From positions 5,463-69,462 of the forward strand of contig CANJVG010000002.1 of NCBI GenBank assembly GCA_947478005.1: DNA of 64,000 nt, written 5' to 3'. Origin of the DNA: Bacteroidota bacterium (lineage in GTDB: Bacteria; Bacteroidota; Bacteroidia; Chitinophagales; LD1). This document shows positions 40,030 through 48,303 of the stretch, one piece after another. The first letter of the stretch is position 1. Every line of letters begins with the position of its first letter. The position numbers and the translations under genes are program-made. The notes beneath the pieces were generated by a model. That model was not told the origin of the DNA and made no database searches. It saw nothing but the letters and a program-made list of their open reading frames with translations.

Positions 40030-40732
40030 ATGGGGTTCCCGCGAGGCGCGGTCGCGCTATCCGTTACAAATGCGCCTCGCATTCACGAATTCCTTTAAAA
40101 TCAATTATAGCATGAGTAAGTCCTCGCCCCAAAGCGGGCTCCGGGCTTTCCACTACTATCGCTAACCCAACAGCCGCCCTCCACGCAATAGTTTGTCATT
40201 CTGAACGAGGCTCCGCGAGTGAAGAACCTTGTATTTTGCATTCGGCTGTTTGATTTTCCCCTCTCGAGAGGGGTGGCAAAATTCCGCTCCGGGAATTTTG
40301 ACGGGGTGTGTTGCATTACCTAACATTGTCCCCAGTCTCTGCCTCACCACTCTGCGCTTGGTTAGCGCTTCACTCGCGCAGGGTTCGAGGCGAAACACTG
40401 CGGGGACTGATATGTATAAAACAAAAAGGAGAGCCGCCTCGCGATTCTCCTTTTCAAAGATCCGTCCTTGTGGAGGGGACGAGCCAGTATCAAAACATTT
40501 TGACAAAAAATCACATTAGTTATCCTAACTTATGGAACTTGTTATCCGCAACTTTTGGAAGGTTGCAAACTATTTAGTCAAACTTTTAATTGTTTTCAAA
40601 CACGAATATATGCTCTCCAATCTAAAAGACAGCATTGATTTTCCACATTTATGTGTTAGATACAAACGGATTATCAGTCGTTTGCGTTTGAAGGACTTGG
40701 CAACTTTTCGCTACTATCTCTAACCCAACAGC
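40030..40732. repeat. cluster of REP-like palindromic elements with a ~29-bp direct repeat
   Basis: Hairpins at ~40195-40228, 40256-40310, 40325-40410 and 40423-40454. CTACTATC(G/T)CTAACCCAACAGC at 40153 and 40711. Confidence 0.65.
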
Positions 40733-40758
40733 TAATTCTGACGTTCAAGAATTCGATA

Positions 40759-41559
40759 CTATTTTTCCAACCCTTGTAAAATACAACCACCTTCTGGAAT
40801 TGTTATAGTTCCTCGCCAAGTCAATTGTTGCCCTACTTCTGACATAGCCATAAAACTATATGTCCCCGGTTTATAGGAAAGACTCAATGTTCCATCTTGA
40901 CCACATAAAGGAGCATCCTTCGGAAAATATCCTTCAAACGTTCCTAAGTATATTTCATTGAAATAAACTTTCAAGTTTCCTGGGTTTTTATAGTTCGTCC
41001 AAAAACTGACTTTCCCAGGGGTTTTGGGAGAAGAAGTGCTTACCGCAGGATTAAGAATGTCTTCTATAAAATAAACATCCAGAAAATCACTTTCTTCATT
41101 ACCGTCACTAATTACTTTAATTAAAGTTTTACCATTGGTTATTGAACCAGCGAATGTTACTTTTCTCTCAATCCAGTCATCTTTAAAATATTTGGTTATT
41201 TGATTGTTTGACACAAAAACCTTTCTGTCTTCGCAATAATCATAATTGTCCATAACAACGACATTGTGCCAACCATCACCTAACCTTTCAGGATACTTTG
41301 ATACAGAGCTATAGTAGGATTTTATCTGTTGCATTTTTGCTTTGGTTCTTTGTTTTTCATTTTCTCTTTCGCGCTCAGCCTGAACTCGTTCTTGTTCCCA
41401 TTGGGCTTGTTTAATTTCAAGTGCTTTCATATTGGCATCATAGTATCTGTTAATCCCACTAACATCAAGCCTTGGAGGTGGCGTTAAATTTGTAAAGCCG
41501 CCTTGTGAAAACCCATTTATCATTGTTACGCAAAGAAATATTGTAAGTAGTAGTCTCAT
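40759..41559 (-). CDS. hypothetical secreted protein (coiled-coil then beta domains)
   Basis: Signal peptide and an AT-rich 266-aa ORF. Confidence 0.75.
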   Translation of the reverse strand: MRLLLTIFLCVTMINGFSQGGFTNLTPPPRLDVSGINRYYDANMKALEIKQAQWEQERVQAERERENEKQRTKAKMQQIKSYYSSVSKYPERLGDGWHNVVVMDNYDYCEDRKVFVSNNQITKYFKDDWIERKVTFAGSITNGKTLIKVISDGNEESDFLDVYFIEDILNPAVSTSSPKTPGKVSFWTNYKNPGNLKVYFNEIYLGTFEGYFPKDAPLCGQDGTLSLSYKPGTYSFMAMSEVGQQLTWRGTITIPEGGCILQGLEK

Positions 41560-41673
41560 GTTTCAAAATTAATAATCAGAAACAAATGAAGTCGGCTTGA
41601 TAACGAATGCAAGGATTCCCTTCTATAAAAAATAGACCAGCAACATCCTTTATCTATGCTTTCATTTCAATGA

Positions 41674-42039
41674 TTACCTTTCAAAGGTATTGCCCATATT
41701 GCTAGGGCACCTAAAGATTTTTTCACCAACCGAATGGCTTGAACCAGTGAATTCTATTTCCCCTAGGTTTGCAGTAATAATACTAGTTGGCTCTTTTGAG
41801 GCTTGAATAACAGCTAAACCAGTTGCGATGGCAAATACAATGATGGCTGTGAATATATATGCCACCAATTTAATGGCAGAATTTCTTAGGAGAAGCTGTG
41901 ATTTTGAAACTTTCTTTTGATATGGTAAAGAAGCATTTGCAAAAAGGGCATTACCAGTAAGATAAACCGGGTCGTTTTTTACCCAACCAGTATACGACTC
42001 ATTCCCACGGCTTACCTTAAATTGGATGTATTTTTTCAT
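41674..42039 (-). CDS. hypothetical protein or gene remnant
   Basis: 121-aa ORF with one TM segment and no recognisable family. Confidence 0.35.
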   Translation of the reverse strand: MKKYIQFKVSRGNESYTGWVKNDPVYLTGNALFANASLPYQKKVSKSQLLLRNSAIKLVAYIFTAIIVFAIATGLAVIQASKEPTSIITANLGEIEFTGSSHSVGEKIFRCPSNMGNTFER

Positions 42040-42269
42040 ACGGTGGTTTCTGCTTCGTCTTGCAATACCTCATCAAAAATAATCATCAAATCTAACCTTC
42101 CCCCCGTATTTCCCCCGGCCTTGTGAATTTTGGCGTTAAAAAAAATGTTCTGCTTACCGTTAAGAACTGCGCACTGTTTGAGCGCAACACAAACCTCACA
42201 CCTACGACAAATCATAACGCGCGAGTTTGCGCAGTTTAGGTAATCAGAACATTTTTTAGCCAAAAGTCA

Positions 42270-42414
42270 CACAGCCTTGAACTTTTGGTTCTTTTGGTTC
42301 AAGCCAAAAGAACGTTTACTATATAGAAAAACTGCCATTGCCAGTGTTTTAGCATAGCTTACCAAAACCTCACAGCCTTGATTTTTTGGTCCTTTTGCAT
42401 CAAGGCAAAAGGAC
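42270..42414. repeat. two copies of a 44-bp REP-like hairpin unit, 101 bp apart
   Basis: CACAGCCTTGA leader followed by GTTCTTTTGG-TTCAAG-CCAAAAGAAC or GTCCTTTTGC-ATCAAG-GCAAAAGGAC. Confidence 0.8.
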
Positions 42415-42525
42415 AGAAACCAAATAGAAAAACACACCCCACCTCTACACCAAACCCTTTTCAAAAAGCGAATTTTGCTGTCAAAAGAACAACCAATTTA
42501 ACAACCCCTCCAAAACACCCCCACT

Positions 42526-42741
42526 CGCGGTCATCCATCATTAGAGCGCGGTCATCGGTCATAATGGCGCAGTCACTCATCATTAAGCCGCGGTCATCGG
42601 TCATAATTTCGCGGTTATTCATCATTTAAGCGCGGTTTCCCATCATTTTCCCTCGGTCACCCATCATTTTAACAACTCCCTCCATCACTCCCCAGCGTCA
42701 CTTCATCATAATCCTACGGTCAACCATCATTAACCTCCGGT
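42526..42741. repeat. degenerate 21-bp tandem array of 10 units (CGCGGTCAnCCATCATTnnnn)
   Basis: Units at 42526, 42547, 42568, 42589, 42610, 42631, 42652, 42673, 42694 and 42715. Confidence 0.92.
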
Positions 42742-42751
42742 ATAAAACAAA

Positions 42752-42786
42752 AATGCCGTTGCGTTCTTTCAAACCACAACGGCATT
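42752..42786 (-). terminator. hairpin / terminator downstream of 42830-43564
   Basis: AATGCCGTTG...CAACGGCATT followed by a T-run on the minus strand. Confidence 0.65.
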
Positions 42787-42829
42787 CCGTCTTTTGTATT
42801 CAAGTCCCCTTTAGGGGATTTAGGGGTTT

Positions 42830-43564
42830 CTACTTTTTCTTCTTAGTAGGCTTTCTAAACTTAATCTTCGTCACCAACTTAGCCCTTGCCGAGCTAAACC
42901 CAGCCGCCCCCTGCACATAATCCTTACAAGCCGCAGCCCTCACCAACAATCCATCATTCTCATTATAAAGCACCCGATCCCGCTCAATTCTCGACACCTC
43001 CACAGGCGCTATTATAGTTCCAATATTATCATTCGCTGCCTTCATCGCCACCCACAACGTAGTCAACGTAGCCGTCTGCAACGGCACCTCATTCGGAGCA
43101 TAAAAACTATCCGATTTATACAACTCCACCAACTGCCCAAACGCATCCGCCTTCTGCACATAACTCTGATGGCTCGTGCTCACACTATTCGGGTCAGGCG
43201 TCCCGTCCGGCAACTTCTTCACCTTCACCCCAAACCCTCTAATCCTATCCGCCAACCCCTTTGCATCCTTCTTTACTTGTTTGCTGGCTTTTGTGCTATT
43301 AAAAATATTCAACGTCCTTGTCACCAGCTTATTCACCGGCTTATTCAAAATCTCCCGGTCATTAATCGGGTTCTTCGACTTCTGCAACGCCACCGTCAAA
43401 GTAGTATGAGCCGTGTCGCCCGCAGTCCATGCGGTCGTCATGTTCACAATCGTTAGGTCCGTGTTGCTCGGGTCATAATCTGCACCAAAAGCCGTGCAGG
43501 TATCAATCAGCAATTTAAAGTTTGAAATGTTTACAGCGTGTCCTGTTTCTGAAGTGCTAGCCAT
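42830..43564 (-). CDS. conserved hypothetical helical protein (MASTSETGHAxN type)
   Basis: 244-aa ORF with SETGHAVNISNF, YDPS, SVSTSHQSY and YAPNE motifs and a basic C-terminal tail. I recall this as an uncharacterised Bacteroidota family. Confidence 0.85.
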   Translation of the reverse strand: MASTSETGHAVNISNFKLLIDTCTAFGADYDPSNTDLTIVNMTTAWTAGDTAHTTLTVALQKSKNPINDREILNKPVNKLVTRTLNIFNSTKASKQVKKDAKGLADRIRGFGVKVKKLPDGTPDPNSVSTSHQSYVQKADAFGQLVELYKSDSFYAPNEVPLQTATLTTLWVAMKAANDNIGTIIAPVEVSRIERDRVLYNENDGLLVRAAACKDYVQGAAGFSSARAKLVTKIKFRKPTKKKK

Positions 43565-43727
43565 TGTCTTAGTTTTTAGTTTAAAAAAATGATTCGTAAA
43601 AAAGTTAAGGTCTGTTCTTGTTTCTGTTTTGTGTTAGCGTGAACGAATGTTCAGTTTCTTATTTCAAAAAAATAAAAAATCCCTGAAATCACCAAACCCA
43701 AAATAATTCGTGTCATTCATGCCAAAA

Positions 43728-43758
43728 AAAATGCCCGATGAAATTCATCAGGCATTTT
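43728..43758. terminator. terminator after the amidase
   Basis: AAAATGCCCGATGAA-A-TTCATCAGGCATTTT. Confidence 0.7.
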
Positions 43759-43783
43759 GTGTTCGCATTTACTGTTGTCTCTC

Positions 43784-45202
43784 TCATCCCCCATAAACAA
43801 ACCCCCACGGCCTGGCCGTTTCCAGTTCATAAGCCAGTTCAAGCAGGCGTTGGTCTAAACCAAAAGGTGCCGAAAACTGCACGGCTATCGGCATCCCGTT
43901 TTCGGTTTTGCCCATAGGCAGCGAAATAGCAGGCGAGCCGGTAATATTTTGCAGTCCGCAATAAGCCGCAAACTCTACCGCCCGCTTCGATACTTCGGCA
44001 TAAGAAAGCGTAGGCGAAAAGTGACCGATTGGAGGCGTAGTATGCGCCAGCACCGGGGTCATGATAATATCGTATTGGTCAAAAAGTTTTTCGGTATCGA
44101 CACCCACCTTCCGCAGCGTTTTAATACTGCGCGGCAGTTTCAATTTATTGTCCTTAAAATTTTGGCTCAGCCCCAGCGTAAATGGCTCGAGCACGGCATG
44201 GTTCACCTTAGCGCCTATCACCAACCGGCCGTGGTGGCTTAGCATATAAGCCAGAAAACCGTAGTAAAGCAGATAGTGTTCGGTCATGGTTTCTACATCA
44301 ATAGGCAGCGGCAACTGCACCACCGTGTGTCCAAGCGATTGCAGCAAAGCCACCGTTTCTAACTGCACGCGGTTCGTTTCGGCATCCTGATGTGCACCTT
44401 TGCCTGAAGGGGGATTTTCAAAAAACACAATGCGCAGTTTTTTCTTTCCGGCTTGTTTCACATGCCCTAACTCTGGCAGCTTCGCATTTTTGTAAAACTT
44501 TTCTGCCGAAGCAAAAAAGGCTGCGGTGTCTCGCACACTTCTTGTAAGCACCCCTTCATACACAATTTGCAGGGGCATCAGTTCCGAACCCTCCATGGCC
44601 ACCAAGCGTCCGCGCGTAGGTTTCAAACCAACAAGCCCGCAACACGCAGCGGGAATTCGGATAGAGCCCGCACCATCATTGGCAGAAGCTATCGGCACCA
44701 CACCACTCGCCACCAAGGCACCTGAACCGGAAGAAGAACCACCAGTGGTGTAATCCGTATTCCACGGATTGCGGGTAATGCCCCAGCGTTCGTTCTCGGT
44801 GCTGCATATCAAACCGAACTCGGGCAAAGTGCTTTTACCCAAATTGTTGGTTCCGGTAGAATGAAACTGGCTAACAAATCGGCTGCTCTTCTTAGCAATT
44901 TTTGACGTGAATGAACCCGTGCCCAACTGTGTAGGATAGCCCTCTATGTTTTCGTTGTCTTTTATAAAAGATGGCACACCATACAGCAGACCATCTTTGG
45001 CAAGCGAAGAATGTTTACGAGCATCATCGTAGGTTTTCAATACAATGGCATTCAACTCACCGTTTACTTTTTCAGCGCGGGCAATAGCCGCTTCGGTAGC
45101 TTCTTCCACCGATATTTTCTTTTTGGCAATGGCCTCCGCCACACCCACTGCATCCAAGTTTCCTAAAGCATCATCAGAAAATGCACTGATACGTTTGCTC
45201 AT
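43784..45202 (-). CDS. amidase signature family enzyme
   Basis: Motifs IKD, TRNPWN, GGSSSGS and DGAGSIRIPAACCGLVGLKP. Confidence 0.93.
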   Translation of the reverse strand: MSKRISAFSDDALGNLDAVGVAEAIAKKKISVEEATEAAIARAEKVNGELNAIVLKTYDDARKHSSLAKDGLLYGVPSFIKDNENIEGYPTQLGTGSFTSKIAKKSSRFVSQFHSTGTNNLGKSTLPEFGLICSTENERWGITRNPWNTDYTTGGSSSGSGALVASGVVPIASANDGAGSIRIPAACCGLVGLKPTRGRLVAMEGSELMPLQIVYEGVLTRSVRDTAAFFASAEKFYKNAKLPELGHVKQAGKKKLRIVFFENPPSGKGAHQDAETNRVQLETVALLQSLGHTVVQLPLPIDVETMTEHYLLYYGFLAYMLSHHGRLVIGAKVNHAVLEPFTLGLSQNFKDNKLKLPRSIKTLRKVGVDTEKLFDQYDIIMTPVLAHTTPPIGHFSPTLSYAEVSKRAVEFAAYCGLQNITGSPAISLPMGKTENGMPIAVQFSAPFGLDQRLLELAYELETARPWGFVYGG

Positions 45203-45283
45203 AATTTCTGTTTGTAAAAAGTCAACGGTTAAACGGCTTCAAAATTTTAAATCGCTCTGCAAAAAAACTTCTTCTTTGCAGAT

Positions 45284-46507
45284 ATGAATGAGAACCGCCC
45301 ATATTTATTTTTACTCCTCAGCTTTCTATCGTCTCTATCTTCTTTTGCGGTTGAAAAAACAGCTTCCGCTTCCATAACCGCCACGGTGGTTCAAACCGTT
45401 CCCAACTCCTTTCTTCAACTGCGGCTTAGCAACGATTCGGTTTCGAAGAATGATATACTGAATGAAGAAATAGTGGACATGGTAAAAGTAGATGAGCGCG
45501 ATAAGAAAGTTCCTACGCGCTATACCACGCATCAGGGAGGTTTCATTGGCGGATGGTTTATCCGCATGATTGGATTTTACTGGCACGCGGTGGACCGGCA
45601 GCGCCATAAATTTGTAGGCACCAACCGAAACGGCCTTTCTATGCCGGGCGAAAAAGATGAACTGACCGAACACGATATCAACTTCAATCTGATTCCGCAT
45701 TTGCCCAATTACCTAAACATGGTGTACGATACCCGTATAGCACAAACCAAACGCAGACAGTTTAGAAGAGCCGAAAACCAGGACAAAACTAAACCACCAT
45801 TTATTGCACCTACTTTAGAAACGGCTGAGGAATATGATTTGCACTGCGAACTAACCCCACCCAAAAGAATGCGCGACTCAGTGAACACATTGTTCTACCC
45901 CTGCATGCACGGCTACAATCTCGACAAACACCAGAATTTTTGCGACATGAAACCAACGGTGGGTATGTATGGTGTGCTGGTCTTGGACTGCAATCACTCC
46001 TGCCATCCCGAAATTCATCCTTACGAATGGTTGTGGTGGCTTCGCCTCACCGAAAGCGAAAAAGCAAAGAACAACTTCAACAAAGATTGGATGATTGGAT
46101 TCTTTAAAGAAAGCAGCAATCGTTTTGTGTTGTGGAGTTTGCCTCCGCGCGTGGGCACTATCACTGTTCCTTTCATTTTTAAAACTTCCGAAACCAAAAG
46201 CTATTTGCAGTTAAATCAACTCGTCACCGGCAGATTTCGCCCGAAAGGAATCAAGCGCATGAAAGAATTACCTGCAACCACTTCGGAATTTAATTTCAGC
46301 AACACAACACTCAATCTCAATTTAGGCAATGGCAAAACCTTTCCATTGCAACTGCGCACCAATGGAGTCACCAAAACTTCGGCACTTCGCTGGTGGGTAA
46401 GCGATGTTCACACCGATGCCGCCAACCAATGGGTATGGGGCTATTTCAATATGGTGGTTAGTGTAAGAGATGGCTACACAGCCAGGTTGGAAACCGTGGC
46501 GGAATAA
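45284..46507 (+). CDS. hypothetical secreted protein
   Basis: Signal peptide, 407 aa, with a His/Cys-rich DCNHSCHPEIHPYE segment. Confidence 0.75.
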   Translation: MNENRPYLFLLLSFLSSLSSFAVEKTASASITATVVQTVPNSFLQLRLSNDSVSKNDILNEEIVDMVKVDERDKKVPTRYTTHQGGFIGGWFIRMIGFYWHAVDRQRHKFVGTNRNGLSMPGEKDELTEHDINFNLIPHLPNYLNMVYDTRIAQTKRRQFRRAENQDKTKPPFIAPTLETAEEYDLHCELTPPKRMRDSVNTLFYPCMHGYNLDKHQNFCDMKPTVGMYGVLVLDCNHSCHPEIHPYEWLWWLRLTESEKAKNNFNKDWMIGFFKESSNRFVLWSLPPRVGTITVPFIFKTSETKSYLQLNQLVTGRFRPKGIKRMKELPATTSEFNFSNTTLNLNLGNGKTFPLQLRTNGVTKTSALRWWVSDVHTDAANQWVWGYFNMVVSVRDGYTARLETVAE

Positions 46508-46558
46508 TTCCCTTTTTGCTAAGCACATTTATACATTTACTCAAAATGTATTCAAGCT

Positions 46559-48250
46559 ATGGAAACCAAAGAACTCCTCCATCAGTTAGCCGAAATTCAA
46601 TTTCGTTTTGATAAAAACACAGCCGAAAAAAAAATTGCAGCTATAGAAGAACTGCAAGAAAAGCGGTTCACACACAGCGATGAAATCACCGCCTTCCACG
46701 ATCGCCTGCTTTGCATCCTCGCCTTCCCCGAAAACAAAAAAGTATTTGATGCCGCAGAAAAGGCACTGCATCTGTTAGGTGAAAAAACACAGGCATTTCT
46801 CCTGACCGCGAACGAAGTGGAGCTATGGAAAATAACCGAATCCGCCATCGCCCACTCCACCATTTGCGCTTCGTTTAGTTACGAATTAATAAAGTGGCTG
46901 AACGAATATTATAAGGAAGACCTATCTTTTTCAAGCTGCGAGGCATCGAAAGAAATAATAAGCCATGTGTTTAAGCAGATACTTCCACCGGCCGTTGCCG
47001 AATCGCTTTTCGACAATCATGAACACACGTTGGAATCGTTGGCAAAAAAAGCCTGCGGCCAGTCAGAACTGACCGATGTGTTTCAATGGACACTAACACA
47101 GTTCCTTGCCTCTTCCGTAAGCGACAAATCGAAAGAACAGATCTTCGAGCAACTCTATATTTATATCAATTGGAAAACCAACGAATCATCCCCCACGCGC
47201 AGTTTTGCCCGCTCCAATACCCCGCAGAAATATTTTTTCCAATCATCGCAACTAATTCGCCATGCAGACATAAAGAAAGTTTTCACCGACAAAAAACTAC
47301 AACCCGTCTCGCTCAACAACGCGCAGAAAAAGAACCTTTGTGACCTTGCCAAAGGTGTTCTCTGTTCCACCTATCGCGAAATTGACCCAATCACCTATGC
47401 CGAAAACAACGACACTGAATTATACGATATGGGAAGGGGAATTACAATGGCACTTTATTTTATGCGCCCTCCTTTTCGCTTGTCCTGCGAAAGCTATGTT
47501 TCGTATATGGCATTTCGAAATGGGGTGCCTGTTTCCTACGGAGGTGGCTGGATGTTTTTTGACCGTGCAAAATTAGCAGGGAATATATTTCCTCCGTTTA
47601 GAGGGGGAGAATCCGCTTTATTGTTTGCTCAACTCTATCGCCTCTATCATCTGCGCTTCGGGGTCAATTGTTTTCAGGTGGACCCGTATCAAATTGGGGA
47701 AAAGAACCACGATGCTATTGCTTCGGGTGCATTTTGGTTTTACCATCGTTTCGGTTTCCGACCAACGAGCAAAGCGCTTCAGCAATTAGCCGAAGAAGAG
47801 TTTGTGAAAAGAACAGCTGATAAAAACTATCGCACTCCTGCTGGCGTGCTGCGTAAATTTGCAACCACCGAAATGCTTTTGAATTTATCGCCTGCCACCC
47901 ATGCGGCTCATCTGGAGGTCTTGAAACAAATGCAAACCCTGGTAGCGGAAGAATACCACGGAAACTTCAATGCCTATTTTCTTGCTTGTTTTTTCGAGTT
48001 GCAAAGATGCTGCAGACAAAGGAAGGTGACCTTACCCAAACACTTACAAGGTAATCCCATGGCTATGGAGCTTTGCGGCATAGTGGCTGTTTTCAGCAGC
48101 TTCACCGAATTCAATCAAAGAGAATTAAAGAAACTTGTTGCTGCACTGGAAGAAAAATCGTTTGGGAGTGAGCGAAAGTTTTTAGAACTGTTCGATAGTA
48201 TCAAAAAGCTAAAGAGACACGTTTACGGTTTCTGGGTATCTGAGAAATAA
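46559..48250 (+). CDS. hypothetical protein, possible GNAT-like C-terminal region
   Basis: 563-aa ORF containing SGAFWFYHRFGFRP. Confidence 0.7.
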   Translation: METKELLHQLAEIQFRFDKNTAEKKIAAIEELQEKRFTHSDEITAFHDRLLCILAFPENKKVFDAAEKALHLLGEKTQAFLLTANEVELWKITESAIAHSTICASFSYELIKWLNEYYKEDLSFSSCEASKEIISHVFKQILPPAVAESLFDNHEHTLESLAKKACGQSELTDVFQWTLTQFLASSVSDKSKEQIFEQLYIYINWKTNESSPTRSFARSNTPQKYFFQSSQLIRHADIKKVFTDKKLQPVSLNNAQKKNLCDLAKGVLCSTYREIDPITYAENNDTELYDMGRGITMALYFMRPPFRLSCESYVSYMAFRNGVPVSYGGGWMFFDRAKLAGNIFPPFRGGESALLFAQLYRLYHLRFGVNCFQVDPYQIGEKNHDAIASGAFWFYHRFGFRPTSKALQQLAEEEFVKRTADKNYRTPAGVLRKFATTEMLLNLSPATHAAHLEVLKQMQTLVAEEYHGNFNAYFLACFFELQRCCRQRKVTLPKHLQGNPMAMELCGIVAVFSSFTEFNQRELKKLVAALEEKSFGSERKFLELFDSIKKLKRHVYGFWVSEK

Positions 48251-48251
48251 A

Positions 48252-48282
48252 AAATCCTCTTCTGAATTTCAGAAGAGGATTT
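48252..48282. terminator. bidirectional terminator
   Basis: AAATCCTCTTCTGAA-T-TTCAGAAGAGGATTT between convergent genes. Confidence 0.85.
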
Positions 48283-48303
48283 CCTTTAGAACAATCAATC
48301 CAT

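Noticed and set aside
39983..40723. Overlapping short ORFs in the REP-like cluster
   Set aside because: They overlap on both strands, translate palindromic DNA and show no protein-like features.
40146..40732. Integron cassette array or IS element
   Set aside because: No integrase or transposase is visible, and no clear attC RYYYAAC...GTTRRRY structure bounds the ORFs.
42036..42629. ORFs 42036-42263, 42267-42464 and 42378-42629
   Set aside because: They run through hairpin and array DNA and are probably spurious.
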